Translations under genes and position numbers: made by a program | Notes under the pieces: generated by a model | The model's database searches: none | The model's input: only the letters and a program-made list of their open reading frames with translations | What the model was told of the DNA's origin: nothing | Part shown: positions 32,272 through 42,267 of the stretch, in pieces | Layout of the letters: each line of letters starts with the position of its first letter | How positions within the stretch are numbered: the first letter of the stretch is position 1 | IMG/VR virus record: IMGVR_UViG_3300045988_085140 | DNA: 64,000 bases | Origin: a virus | Direction: 5' to 3' (one strand)

Positions 32272-33528
32272 TTAGGAAAGCTGAGTACCATCCATGTTTA
32301 CCCATGAAGAGCCATCCCATATAATTAACTTTCCTAAAGAGGTGTCTTTAAAAATATAACCTATCTGTACACCTGATGGTCTTTCTTCTGTTGTACCTTT
32401 TTTCTTGGCGTCAGCCGGATTTCCATTTGCATCTATCCATTTTCCATTTCCATTACTCCATATTGGCATTTGTAAAGTTTTATCAAAATACATATAACCA
32501 GCCAAAGCATCAGAAGGTCTATTCTCTGTAAGACAAGCATTATTTGATACCTCTAAAAGATAATAGTTATCTTTGTCTTTTCTGCCATAACAAAAAATAA
32601 GACGTCCAGGTAAATTTTTAAATGCATAAAAGCAATTAGTTCTTCCATACTTCTTAATATCATCTAAACTAGAAATATAAACTATATTTTCTAAATGGTA
32701 TGGAATAACATATACTAGAGTTTGCTTATGATTCACTTCATCTTTACTCCATAAAAGGAAATAATAATTCCCATAAACATTATTTATATCTCTAGTACCT
32801 TCGTGATAAAATGCTATTGTTATTGGTTGTACTGCATCTGTCAAATCATATCCTATATTGTCAATATATGGTATATCTTTTTTATTAGCATCAATAGCTT
32901 GTGTTACATATCCATTGCTTTGGTCGATGTATAAATACTTAATATTTTTAGTATAAAACGTAAATGATTTTACAAATCCAGAACCTATACTTACAATTGC
33001 GTTATTACCATTATAAGGAATAATACAAGGTGTATTCAAGCTCTTGTAATCGTTTTGATAATGTTGTCCCTTAATTACTTGAACATTTTCTTTTAAAACC
33101 TCTTTTGGGTCAAAATAAAAATTATTTTGAACTTGATATGAAGTTTCGTTAGAAAATACAAGAACTTTACACCCAACACATTGTGTCATATAGATACCAT
33201 ACTCACGCTTGCCATCTTCAGTTTGCTCATAACCAATAACAAGTGTAAATGGTTTTCCAAAAAGATGCACATTACTATAGATGATTTTCCATTCATAGTC
33301 TTTATTTATCTTATAATCACTACTATTATTATATGCCCCGACCTGTAATAGTGTAGCATCTGAATTTATTGAAATACCTTCAGTAGTATATGTATTATTG
33401 TGACCAGTTAGTACTAAAATAGAAAATGTTGATAATGGACCTGTTATTGAAAATAGTTTCAAATATTTTGTTCCATCATCAGCAGCACTAACTGAATTAA
33501 CCATAAATGATTGTATCGCTGATTCCAT
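32272..33528 (-). CDS. Tail fibre / receptor-binding protein
   Basis: 418 aa. C-terminus duplicated: YFDKTLQMPIWSNGNGKWIDANG and FKDTSLGKLIIWDGSSWVNMDG. AT-rich. Confidence 0.55.
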   Translation of the reverse strand: MESAIQSFMVNSVSAADDGTKYLKLFSITGPLSTFSILVLTGHNNTYTTEGISINSDATLLQVGAYNNSSDYKINKDYEWKIIYSNVHLFGKPFTLVIGYEQTEDGKREYGIYMTQCVGCKVLVFSNETSYQVQNNFYFDPKEVLKENVQVIKGQHYQNDYKSLNTPCIIPYNGNNAIVSIGSGFVKSFTFYTKNIKYLYIDQSNGYVTQAIDANKKDIPYIDNIGYDLTDAVQPITIAFYHEGTRDINNVYGNYYFLLWSKDEVNHKQTLVYVIPYHLENIVYISSLDDIKKYGRTNCFYAFKNLPGRLIFCYGRKDKDNYYLLEVSNNACLTENRPSDALAGYMYFDKTLQMPIWSNGNGKWIDANGNPADAKKKGTTEERPSGVQIGYIFKDTSLGKLIIWDGSSWVNMDGTQLS

Positions 33529-33532
33529 ATTA

Positions 33533-35212
33533 TTAAATATTTAAAAAATAATTATATAAGGAGTCTAATGCTCCTTTAGAAAAGTTACTATAATAATCTC
33601 TATATTTACCAAAACATTCTATATACCACATACAAATATCTTTAATTCCATTTGTTTTGGCAGCATAGAATACAGTATCAAAGAAGCATTTTGTGAATAT
33701 AAAATCCTTATCAATATTTATTGTTTCGAATTTGTTTCCAATTTGATAATCAACAGGATTTAAAGAATTTTCATAGAATGGCATACATCCTGCTTCTGTA
33801 AAAGTTAATTCTTTATTATAAAGAGAATAACCATTAAAATAATTTTCTGCACGAGTTTTTAATACATTATCAAAAGTAGTCCTTTCCTTCAAATACGGTA
33901 TTTTAGGATAATAATTTTTACCAATTATGTCAAGTTCATCTAATAATATTTTATTTATTATTGATGGTGAATAATTGGTTGAAACACCTACTTTTTTCCC
34001 ATAGCTATGTACTATATTAGCTATACTTACAAGTATACTTGCATCTTCTTGTTTAGAAACATTAGTTGTATTTTCATTTGATATATAAACATGTTTTATG
34101 CTCTGATATTTTTCAATTAGAGGAATAACATTTTTTATAAACAAAGAAACATAATTACTTCTATTCTTCTCTGTTATACTTGTATGAAGTTTTATATCTG
34201 TTATATTTATTTTATATTTTTCTATTAGTCTAATTTGCTCGTCAATAGGAAGAGAATTATTAGAAACCACCCACTGAAAATCATTGAAACCTAAATTCCT
34301 TGCAGGCTCTAAAAGTTGGACAATATTAGTTTCGTTATTAACAAATGCTAAATTTGTATAGAAATGCAATGAACGATTTATTATATCTAACTTTGTAGTA
34401 GCTTCTTTTCCATCTATAAAGCATTTTCCAACAAACTCAATATTACTAAAGTTTTTCTTTGTACATCTTTCCAAATCAATTTTGAACGATGCTAGTCTTC
34501 CATTCCTCAACATACCCCCTTCAAACTTCAAGATACAATTATCAGGAATGATAATCTCATTACCATCTAAATCAAAGTCATACCGAATCTCATAGATAGT
34601 ATTAGACTGATTCATCATAATTGGCATTAGGATATTTCGAAGCTCCTTCTTAGTACTATCAGTAATTGAACATGACGCACCAGTGCTAACTGCACTAAAA
34701 GATGATGGTGAGGAGACGTCACCACCAAACTTGCGAGTAATATTAATCGTTGAAGCATCTTTTGATACTTCATACTCTGTCATGGTTGCAGAAAGTTTTG
34801 CGGCAATCTTGTCAGCAACTTTATCCGTTGTGGTATCTGTTGATGCTACGACATCTACGTGGTTTTCTATACCATTGATGATGAAAGATATGTAACCATC
34901 TGATGTTGGAACAGATGATACTACTATTTTTGTTACAGCAAGAGAGACTGGTTTGATATTCTTACGTAGAATCTTGTAGCCCTTACCGCTGAAATTCTGA
35001 GGGGAATAGGAACGGTCGGCAAATTTTGTCACAGAACGTCCGTTATCATCGAATGACCTAGTAAGGTCTTCTTCGTCAACGGGAGATAGAGAAGAAACCT
35101 CTTGGTTGATTTCCTCCTGCATCTTGCCTAGTTTCTTGTCATATATATTATCTGAATTTGCTAACCTTTTGTCTTTTCTTGAAGATTCTAGCGTACTACC
35201 TAATTTTACCAT
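33533..35212 (-). CDS. Tail spike with a possible clan GH-A (TIM-barrel) glycosidase C-terminal domain
   Basis: 559 aa. HVYISNENT (NE acid/base-like) and LTFTEAGC (TE.G nucleophile-like) at appropriate spacing. N-terminal virion-attachment-like region. Confidence 0.4.
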   Translation of the reverse strand: MVKLGSTLESSRKDKRLANSDNIYDKKLGKMQEEINQEVSSLSPVDEEDLTRSFDDNGRSVTKFADRSYSPQNFSGKGYKILRKNIKPVSLAVTKIVVSSVPTSDGYISFIINGIENHVDVVASTDTTTDKVADKIAAKLSATMTEYEVSKDASTINITRKFGGDVSSPSSFSAVSTGASCSITDSTKKELRNILMPIMMNQSNTIYEIRYDFDLDGNEIIIPDNCILKFEGGMLRNGRLASFKIDLERCTKKNFSNIEFVGKCFIDGKEATTKLDIINRSLHFYTNLAFVNNETNIVQLLEPARNLGFNDFQWVVSNNSLPIDEQIRLIEKYKINITDIKLHTSITEKNRSNYVSLFIKNVIPLIEKYQSIKHVYISNENTTNVSKQEDASILVSIANIVHSYGKKVGVSTNYSPSIINKILLDELDIIGKNYYPKIPYLKERTTFDNVLKTRAENYFNGYSLYNKELTFTEAGCMPFYENSLNPVDYQIGNKFETINIDKDFIFTKCFFDTVFYAAKTNGIKDICMWYIECFGKYRDYYSNFSKGALDSLYNYFLNI

Positions 35213-35214
35213 AT

Positions 35215-36216
35215 TTATTTAGCTTTTATTGTATAAGTATTGTCACCAGCAATAAGTGGGTCTGAATTATAATAATATAATGCACCAATAATCGTTTCGT
35301 GGAAATCAGCTTCTATGTTTCCTTGAATGAATTGTAATGGAGTGTCTGAAATAAACCAAACTACATCGTTTTCATCTGTTGTAGTAACCGTTATCGTCTG
35401 ATTGACCAAAGAAGTATTACTTCCGTTCAGTACAGATAGGTCTAATTCGTTTGCATCTGATAAAGATGATGCACCATACATATTCTTTGCACCGATTGTA
35501 ACAAAAGCAGTTGCTTTATATATTTTTCCGTTCATCGTGACTATGATATGGAAAGCGTATGAACCTACTTGTGAACGTGAAACATTGGCTGACGTATCTG
35601 TTGTCTTAGGTTCAATGACATTACTTCCGTCAATAATCTTAATATTGTCGGGAATAGTATCAATACCATTCTTCCTAATTTGCCATGAGAGTTTAATGGT
35701 GTGTTCTGTTCCATCATAAGCAATAACAGAAGGTGACGCTTCCAGATATACATTTGTATCGTCCACATCAGCATCATTCTGATTGTTCAGTTCTATCCAG
35801 TACTTCGCATTGTACATACCTCCCATTTCACCCTCTACGATACCGAGAGGAATATGTGACTTTCCATTTCGCTCCACGATACGGAAAAGGCGGTGCTCGA
35901 TGCTACAGATGTCGTTTCCGTTGTACTTGCCACGAATGGTAATGCCATATAACCCTTCCTCTAGAAATGGTGGGAACTTGACACAAATATCACTCGGCTC
36001 TACTTCACTATTATTTGTTCCGCTCTGAACAAAAGGCATTTTTGCTACACACTCTCCAAAGGCATCAGTAAGGTGTACTTCTAGATTACTGATGGCAGCC
36101 ACGTCAATATCTTCCAACATCTGCTTATTCTTGCTGATGTAGGCTTTCTGAAGCTTGATGAAAAGGTCGAAGCTGTTACCTTTAACAATCTTATAAATAT
36201 CCATATACGTATACAT
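35215..36216 (-). CDS. Tail-associated protein (Ig-like/beta-rich)
   Basis: 333 aa. First gene behind late promoter P3. Confidence 0.4.
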   Translation of the reverse strand: MYTYMDIYKIVKGNSFDLFIKLQKAYISKNKQMLEDIDVAAISNLEVHLTDAFGECVAKMPFVQSGTNNSEVEPSDICVKFPPFLEEGLYGITIRGKYNGNDICSIEHRLFRIVERNGKSHIPLGIVEGEMGGMYNAKYWIELNNQNDADVDDTNVYLEASPSVIAYDGTEHTIKLSWQIRKNGIDTIPDNIKIIDGSNVIEPKTTDTSANVSRSQVGSYAFHIIVTMNGKIYKATAFVTIGAKNMYGASSLSDANELDLSVLNGSNTSLVNQTITVTTTDENDVVWFISDTPLQFIQGNIEADFHETIIGALYYYNSDPLIAGDNTYTIKAK

Positions 36217-36229
36217 TATTAATAATAGA

Positions 36230-36273
36230 CAAAGATAGGCAGAAATTTCTCCACCTATCTTTTATCCGTTTAT
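36230..36273 (-). promoter_or_regulatory. Late-type promoter P3: ATAAACGGATAAAA-N22-TATCTTTG
   Basis: Read on the minus strand. 13 nt separate the box from the ATG at 36216. Confidence 0.6.
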
Positions 36274-36289
36274 TTAGGGCAGAAAAATT

Positions 36290-36595
36290 TTAGATTAAGC
36301 CCTTCCATCTGAGAAATTTGCGCTTTCGGCTGCGCTTTCCCTTCTCACTCTTGCAGTTGGTATGGTAGACACAATCCTTGAAGAGGTCTCTGACCTTCAT
36401 GTCGCTGTCTACCAGTTTGGTTTTCTTGAATGCCTCGAAGAGTGAGCGATTCATAATCATGAGGTTGCCCTTCTGCGTAGGAAGAACATAGAAGATTTCA
36501 CCATTGTTCTTCTTAGATGCGTAGTCTGCCTTAGCCGTAGCTTGGCGGTACATAATTTCGCACTTGATGCGCTTAAAAATCTTTGTTACTTTCAT
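36290..36595 (-). CDS. Small basic hypothetical protein
   Basis: 101-aa ORF downstream of TerL. Confidence 0.4.
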   Translation of the reverse strand: MKVTKIFKRIKCEIMYRQATAKADYASKKNNGEIFYVLPTQKGNLMIMNRSLFEAFKKTKLVDSDMKVRDLFKDCVYHTNCKSEKGKRSRKRKFLRWKGLI

Positions 36596-36619
36596 AATCG
36601 TAATTATTATTGTTTGAAA

Positions 36620-38764
36620 CTATATGATGGTTGCTGCCGAAACAGAAACCTTTCTTCTCATTACTCTTGCCTGAATGGAAATCATCTTAGGCATTTCCAT
36701 TTCATTGAAACAGATGTGGAGTCCGATGGCTCTAGTCATGAGCAAATCATCGTGCTTTCCGTCTGCTGCCTCGTATACGGTTCCGTTCTTCTCGTATGTG
36801 AGATATTCATCTAAGCATCTATCGTCTCGCTCTACATAGAGTTGTTCACGGATAACCTGAACCAATACTGAGATAACCATTGGCTTGGTTGCCACGTTGG
36901 TATGGAATCCGTACTTCACTGGAACCTTATTCTTGATGTCTGATTCACTCTGCTTGCGTGCATAGAGGTTGTCGTATACGTCCTTGATTTGATTCAGGAT
37001 GAACTCAGACTGGTCACCACCTTCCAAGATGTGCTCCTTGTCTTTCGTCTCCAAGGTGTTGGATTCAATCACCAACAGAGCATCGTTGTAGTATTTGGCT
37101 ATCTGAGCCGCCTTCCATGCCAGCAAGTCCATATCAATATGCCCATACCATTGGGCTACCACATACGGCTTGCCACCTTCCATCATCCAATAGCGGTCGA
37201 AGACACAGATAACAGACCAGTCGGCATTCTTGCTACGTCCACCAATATCCACTACGACCAGATAGCGGTTTATCACCTTGCAATCATCAAAGGTCTCAGG
37301 CTTGCTCCATATCCACAACTGCCCCTGCTTGTCTTCACAGAATCGGACATTCTGCATACACTTCTTGCCCTTGTAGCCATCACCATAAACATCACCGATG
37401 AACTTAGGTGCTCGGCATCCCTTGCGGAACTTGTCAACCTTGTCTTCGGCAAACACCTTGGCTCCTGAATGCTTGAATGCTTCAATATCATCGGTAGGGT
37501 AGCCAGCAGCCATATCGGCATGGTCGGTGAACTTCCTGCGCTCGGCAATATACCAGTTGATGGCTTCGAGTGGAGCACCAAGCGTCCATAACTTCCAAAG
37601 ATAGGTGCATGGCTCCTCTCGGTCGGACATCGTATTGGTATTGTTGCGGTTCTCATATAGCCATTTGGCAAACTCTACCTTCTGTTTCTTGCTTTCAAAT
37701 TCAAGATGATACATATCGTATATCTCGTACCAAGGAACAAAGAATGGCTCAAACTGAGATTCACCTTTGACTGCTGCAAGCCACTCCTTATGGAAGAAGT
37801 TACCAGTACCATTGGCGGTGGATTCATAGGCAATCATCGTGTATGGTCGATACAAGATACCATTTGTTGCATTCTGTACTACCTCCTCAGGAGATTTACC
37901 ATCTGTCTTTTTCCACAAACCCACCTCGGAAAGGTGTACCAAGTTGTAGTCTTCACCATTGGCTGACAATGGTCGTTCCATGGAACCCACCTTAATTTTG
38001 CAGAATCGCTGAGGAACCTTCTTTACGTTGCCTGATGTTCCCACTCCAACAAACTTCGGCTCGTTCTCAGAGAATGCTTCTCCCATTTCGTAGAGAAACT
38101 TGGTCGGGAAGTTTTTCAGAGCTTCCTCGAACATACCACGGATGGTCTCTGCTGTGTCCTTGACCTGAGCCACGATGAGCGAGTTGAGACCCTTCTGCCA
38201 CATGAGTTGCAGCCAGAGGAAGTACATCTGGATAACCGTAGAACCTCCCCATTGTCGGGCTTTCAGCAGGATGAGACGGATAGGGCGATTCTTCTTTCTT
38301 CGCTCCTCCAGCCACCTGAGCAGTCTGCGCTGCGGTCTTCTGAGCACAAAACGGAAGGGGAGACCTCCACCTTTCGGCTTGATATAGATGAATGTGGCGA
38401 AGAAGAAGAAAGGGTCGTGTTTCATCCTGATGCGAGTGAACTGCTCCACCAGTTGCTCCATTTCTTCCTCTAGATTGTACGGCTCGTCTATATCCTTGTG
38501 CAGTTCCTCGATTACAGCCTTGCAACTACCAAACTCGATGAGCATCTTGACGAGCGGAATCTTCTTCATGGAAACTGGAAGCTGCTGTCTCTGAATCGGG
38601 AAATCAGGAAGGAAGAGCAGGAATCGCTTATCTCCACAACCTTCACCCTTGATAGGATTGAAAGGTGTGTTGATTTCCTTGATTCGTTTCTCGTTCTCTT
38701 TCAGGATGCCCAGTACATGTTTGTCTACAGCATCAGTCAGTTTGGCGGTTACTTGTCTTGGCAT
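36620..38764 (-). CDS. terL: Terminase large subunit
   Basis: ILLKARQWGGSTVIQMY (Walker A-like) and VVVDIGGRSKNADWSVICVFD (RNase H-fold nuclease). Start set at MPRQV. Confidence 0.85.
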   Translation of the reverse strand: MPRQVTAKLTDAVDKHVLGILKENEKRIKEINTPFNPIKGEGCGDKRFLLFLPDFPIQRQQLPVSMKKIPLVKMLIEFGSCKAVIEELHKDIDEPYNLEEEMEQLVEQFTRIRMKHDPFFFFATFIYIKPKGGGLPFRFVLRRPQRRLLRWLEERRKKNRPIRLILLKARQWGGSTVIQMYFLWLQLMWQKGLNSLIVAQVKDTAETIRGMFEEALKNFPTKFLYEMGEAFSENEPKFVGVGTSGNVKKVPQRFCKIKVGSMERPLSANGEDYNLVHLSEVGLWKKTDGKSPEEVVQNATNGILYRPYTMIAYESTANGTGNFFHKEWLAAVKGESQFEPFFVPWYEIYDMYHLEFESKKQKVEFAKWLYENRNNTNTMSDREEPCTYLWKLWTLGAPLEAINWYIAERRKFTDHADMAAGYPTDDIEAFKHSGAKVFAEDKVDKFRKGCRAPKFIGDVYGDGYKGKKCMQNVRFCEDKQGQLWIWSKPETFDDCKVINRYLVVVDIGGRSKNADWSVICVFDRYWMMEGGKPYVVAQWYGHIDMDLLAWKAAQIAKYYNDALLVIESNTLETKDKEHILEGGDQSEFILNQIKDVYDNLYARKQSESDIKNKVPVKYGFHTNVATKPMVISVLVQVIREQLYVERDDRCLDEYLTYEKNGTVYEAADGKHDDLLMTRAIGLHICFNEMEMPKMISIQARVMRRKVSVSAATII

Positions 38765-39228
38765 AGCGGTGCATTTAGATAACCCCACAACAGACCAAGT
38801 ACATAGCAATAGATGTGGACTCCAACTGCCATGCAAGGGAAGAAGATTCCAACACAGATATATAGGAGAATGGTGAGATTGTATCTTACCTTATTCTCCA
38901 CGTATGGGGCGATAAAGCCCATGTAAGCATAGATAAATCCGCTGAGACCGATGATTGGTAGGGGAGAGGTGAATGGATAGCTGATGGCTATGAGATAGAA
39001 TGCCACCAAGTGACCGATGCCACAAGGGATGGCTCGGTAGCATTGATGGAAGACATATAGGTTGATGGCTGCATGAAAGATATTCTGATGAAAGAAAGGG
39101 TAGCTTAGTCGGTTCTGAATAGAACAATCGTCAAAGAGACCCATGCCATCATATCCAAGAAAAGTGATACACATTATTATAATGTACCCAGCATAAAGCG
39201 CAATCTTCTCTTTCGTCTCTCGTAGCAT
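38749..39228 (-). CDS. Rhomboid-family intramembrane serine protease
   Basis: Six hydrophobic segments. TM2 FHAAIN (H-x3-N), TM4 IGLSGFIYAYMG (GxSG; compare GlpG GLSGVVYALMG), TM6 VHIYCYVLGLLWG (H-x4-G-x3-G-like). An alternative start at 39174 would remove TM1. Confidence 0.7.
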   Translation of the reverse strand: MLRETKEKIALYAGYIIIMCITFLGYDGMGLFDDCSIQNRLSYPFFHQNIFHAAINLYVFHQCYRAIPCGIGHLVAFYLIAISYPFTSPLPIIGLSGFIYAYMGFIAPYVENKVRYNLTILLYICVGIFFPCMAVGVHIYCYVLGLLWGYLNAPLCQDK

Positions 39229-39632
39229 CTTTGCTTCTCCTCCTTTCTCACCCTGCTAAGAATTACGTGTATGCTTTGAGGAGTCAAATAGAAACTGGGT
39301 GCTTTTTCAGCACATACACGTTTGATAATATCCATATTACTGAGATATGGCTCATTACTCTTATGAATCTGGAATCGTCTGAAAATCTCCTGATACATTT
39401 CCTTTCGGGTAGGAATCATGTTATCAAGAGGTTTTCCTTTCAGTAAGTCTAATATGACTATATAAGCACGGTCTTCTGAAACCCAAAATCTTCTGCTCGG
39501 AGATTGGGCTAGCTTTTCCTCAATCTCTGAGAGTCTGATATTGTCTCTTACATTAATAATTTCTTTGTAAGCCCTCAATAAATCAGCATCACGTTCCTCT
39601 ATAAAATAGCATCGTGAATCCTTATATTTCAT
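39177..39632 (-). CDS. Putative DNA-binding protein (small-terminase or regulator candidate)
   Basis: 151 aa. C-terminal LTPQSIHVILSRVRKE is HTH-like. First gene of the terminase operon. Confidence 0.35.
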   Translation of the reverse strand: MKYKDSRCYFIEERDADLLRAYKEIINVRDNIRLSEIEEKLAQSPSRRFWVSEDRAYIVILDLLKGKPLDNMIPTRKEMYQEIFRRFQIHKSNEPYLSNMDIIKRVCAEKAPSFYLTPQSIHVILSRVRKEEKQRCYERRKRRLRFMLGTL

Positions 39633-39643
39633 ATCTGACCCTG

Positions 39644-39651
39644 CAAATATA
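39644..39651 (-). promoter_or_regulatory. -7 box TATATTTG for the terminase operon
   Basis: Lies 11 nt upstream of the ATG at 39632. The upstream AATCGGATG resembles the late element but sits 3 nt closer. Confidence 0.4.
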
Positions 39652-39689
39652 CAAAAAAGTATTGAATTAGTCGCATCCGATTAGATTAA

Positions 39690-39733
39690 ATTAACGGATA
39701 AAAGATGAAAATCGGAAAAAAGCATTAATTTTG
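39690..39733 (+). promoter_or_regulatory. Late-type promoter P4: ATTAACGGATAAAA-N22-TAATTTTG
   Basis: 31 nt from the box to the ATG at 39765, the same distance as P2. Confidence 0.6.
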
Positions 39734-39764
39734 GGCATTGATTTATAACTATACACATATATAT

Positions 39765-40580
39765 ATGGACGAAAATACAAATATTGAGCAGAATGCTGGT
39801 GCTACAAAACAGCAAGATACCAAGACCAAGAGAGACTTGGCTTTGGAGCGTTTGAAGACCCGCCACCCTGATACGGAGTATGCGGATGATGAAGCTATGT
39901 ATGGAGCCATCAACGATGATTATGATGCTGACCAGAAGGCTTTGCAGGGTTATAAGGATAATGAAAAGGCGATGGGCGATTGGCTGGGTAGTGACCCTGA
40001 GGCGGCTACCTTCCTTCAAGCGATGAAGGCTGGCAAGAGTCCTTACGCTGAGTTGATTCGTACTCATGGCGAGGATGCCATTGATTACTATTCAGACCCT
40101 GACAATGCGGATGAGATTGCATCGGCTCAGTCGGAGTTCTTGCAGAATGCTGCCAACGGCAAGAAATTGCAGGAGGAGTATGACAAGAACATGCCTTCCA
40201 GTTATGAGGTGTTCGACAAGTTGGAAGAGAAGTATGGAGAGGAAGCTGTGAACGATGCTATCGACCAGTGCTTTCAGACAATGCGCAATGTGGTGACTGG
40301 CAAGTTTACAGAGGAAATGATTACTGCTTTTATCAAGGCTAAGAACCATGATACCGATGTGGCTGATGCAGCCCATGAAGGTGAGGTTCGTGGCAAGAAC
40401 AGCAAGCACGTCAAGAATCTTGAACTGAGAAAGAAGGGCGATGGTACTGCTGACCTTGATTCTGCCAATGCAGAGACCAAGCAGACGGATAACCAGCCTG
40501 ACTTTGGTGCAGTAGGAAGAGCAGCACGTAGGGGTAACATCTGGGAGCGTGGCAACGAGAAGAGAACACGCATTAGATAA
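39765..40580 (+). CDS. Scaffolding protein candidate
   Basis: Acidic, helical, about 270 aa, immediately upstream of the capsid gene. C-terminal NIWERGNEKRTRIR. Confidence 0.5.
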   Translation: MDENTNIEQNAGATKQQDTKTKRDLALERLKTRHPDTEYADDEAMYGAINDDYDADQKALQGYKDNEKAMGDWLGSDPEAATFLQAMKAGKSPYAELIRTHGEDAIDYYSDPDNADEIASAQSEFLQNAANGKKLQEEYDKNMPSSYEVFDKLEEKYGEEAVNDAIDQCFQTMRNVVTGKFTEEMITAFIKAKNHDTDVADAAHEGEVRGKNSKHVKNLELRKKGDGTADLDSANAETKQTDNQPDFGAVGRAARRGNIWERGNEKRTRIR

Positions 40581-40631
40581 TTCGACAATGTGAAAAGATA
40601 ATATATAATGTTTAATTAATTTAGGATAACA

Positions 40632-42170
40632 ATGAAGAAAAGTACATTTAATCGGCTGCTTTCCGTCTTCCTGATGGTTATGGCAGTTATTTTTGGAGTG
40701 AATGGTCAGGTTATCATGGCTGAGGCGGCTCTGCCTGATGGCGGTACGACCGAGAGTGGTCATGCTGCTGAGGCAGGTGGGGCTGCTGCTGCCGATGATG
40801 CTGGCAATGGCGGTGCGGCTCGTCAGGATGATGGTATCGCTACTGAGGGAAAAGGTCGTGAGCACTTTAACGAGAATGGTACTGAGTTCTATGAGAACGA
40901 CATCAACGACAAGATTACCAAGATTCGTCCGATGGCTACTCCAGTTGACCAGATTTCACGCTATGCGACAACCAAGTCTGCTAGTTCGTTTGTAGTTGAG
41001 TATTGGAGTATCGGTACACGCCCTATCAAGACAACCGTCAAGGAGGCGACCGTGGAGAGTACTGGTACATCTATGGTATTGAAGGTAGAAGACCCTGAAA
41101 TGTTTACGCTGGATGATACCATCCGAGTGGTAGGTGTTAAGGCGATTACCAATTATGAAGGTAAGGCTTATACAGACCTTACCGATGAGCCTACTCCAGA
41201 CTTGGAACTTTGCGTTTGCGGTAAGGACACAGAGGGTTTCCCAATCGTGTTTGCCGTAAACGGTAAGTTGGTAAAGAAACAGGCTATCGGTATTCCTGCC
41301 TTGAAGAATGGTCAGAAACTTATCCGTATGGCTAAGAGTTGCGGTGAGTTGGACGTACAGACTGGTCGTTTCAACAACCTTCCAGATTCTGATATTCAGT
41401 ACTGCCAGAACTTCATGATTCAGGTTGAGGAGAGTACCTTCAACAAGATTGCTGCTAAGAGAGTAGATTGGGACTTCTCAGACATTGAGGAGGATAGCAT
41501 CTACGATATGCGCCTTGCGATGGAGGGTACTTATCTCTTCGGTGATATGGCTTGTATCAAACATACTACCAAGAACAACTCTGCCCAGTGGTTTACCAAG
41601 GGTATTTGGTGGATGGCTGGTAAGGATATTGAGGTAGGTCATGTTGCTACTGCTGACGATATTAAGAAGGGCTACGGCAAGAATGAACGAGTGATTACTG
41701 ATTTGGAATTGGTTGACATTTCAAAGGACTTGTTTGTTGGTACTGGTATCGGCAACAAGCGCAAGGTGATTATCGCTGGTTCTGCCTTCGTGAGTGCATT
41801 CAGTAAGATTGACTCTGACAAGTTCCGCTTGAAGGACACCGTAGAGGTTTGGAATTTGAAGTTCAAGAGTTGGGAGACTGACTTCGGTGAGGTACTGATG
41901 ATTCACTCTGAGTTGTTTGACCTCTTTGATATGAGTGATTGCGGCTTCGCCCTTGACCCTGAGTTCTTGGTTAAGCGAGTACACTTGTCTTGGACTCGAA
42001 ACGTGCTCGACTTGAAGAAGGCTGGCATCCGTAACACCGATGCAGTAGTTATTCAGGAGGTAGCTTGTCTGTACTTGAAGTACCCTAAGGCACACGCTCG
42101 TATGCGCCTTGCTGCGGTTTCTGCAACAGATAGCCCTTCTGATACAGAGGTAACCAAGGCTGCTGCCTAA
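40632..42170 (+). CDS. Major capsid protein candidate
   Basis: 512 aa. Position between the scaffold gene and a strong terminator. The N-terminus is unusually hydrophobic, followed by an Ala/Gly/Asp-rich stretch. Confidence 0.6.
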   Translation: MKKSTFNRLLSVFLMVMAVIFGVNGQVIMAEAALPDGGTTESGHAAEAGGAAAADDAGNGGAARQDDGIATEGKGREHFNENGTEFYENDINDKITKIRPMATPVDQISRYATTKSASSFVVEYWSIGTRPIKTTVKEATVESTGTSMVLKVEDPEMFTLDDTIRVVGVKAITNYEGKAYTDLTDEPTPDLELCVCGKDTEGFPIVFAVNGKLVKKQAIGIPALKNGQKLIRMAKSCGELDVQTGRFNNLPDSDIQYCQNFMIQVEESTFNKIAAKRVDWDFSDIEEDSIYDMRLAMEGTYLFGDMACIKHTTKNNSAQWFTKGIWWMAGKDIEVGHVATADDIKKGYGKNERVITDLELVDISKDLFVGTGIGNKRKVIIAGSAFVSAFSKIDSDKFRLKDTVEVWNLKFKSWETDFGEVLMIHSELFDLFDMSDCGFALDPEFLVKRVHLSWTRNVLDLKKAGIRNTDAVVIQEVACLYLKYPKAHARMRLAAVSATDSPSDTEVTKAAA

Positions 42171-42205
42171 AAGCAGGTAGAATTGCAAATTATTCATTAA
42201 ATAGT

Positions 42206-42238
42206 GAGGGGTGTGGGCACTAGCCCCATCCCTTTTTT
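42206..42238 (+). terminator. Intrinsic terminator after the capsid gene
   Basis: GGGGTGTGGGC-ACTA-GCCCCATCCC followed by T6. Confidence 0.6.
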
Positions 42239-42267
42239 AGTAACACTTATATAAATAAGGTATAATC

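Noticed and set aside
40092-40865. 257-aa minus-strand ORF, and similar antisense ORFs over the scaffold, capsid and portal genes (for example 41721..42197 and 44058..44801).
   Set aside because: They are opposite well-supported plus-strand late genes and lack promoters or motifs. They are shadow ORFs.
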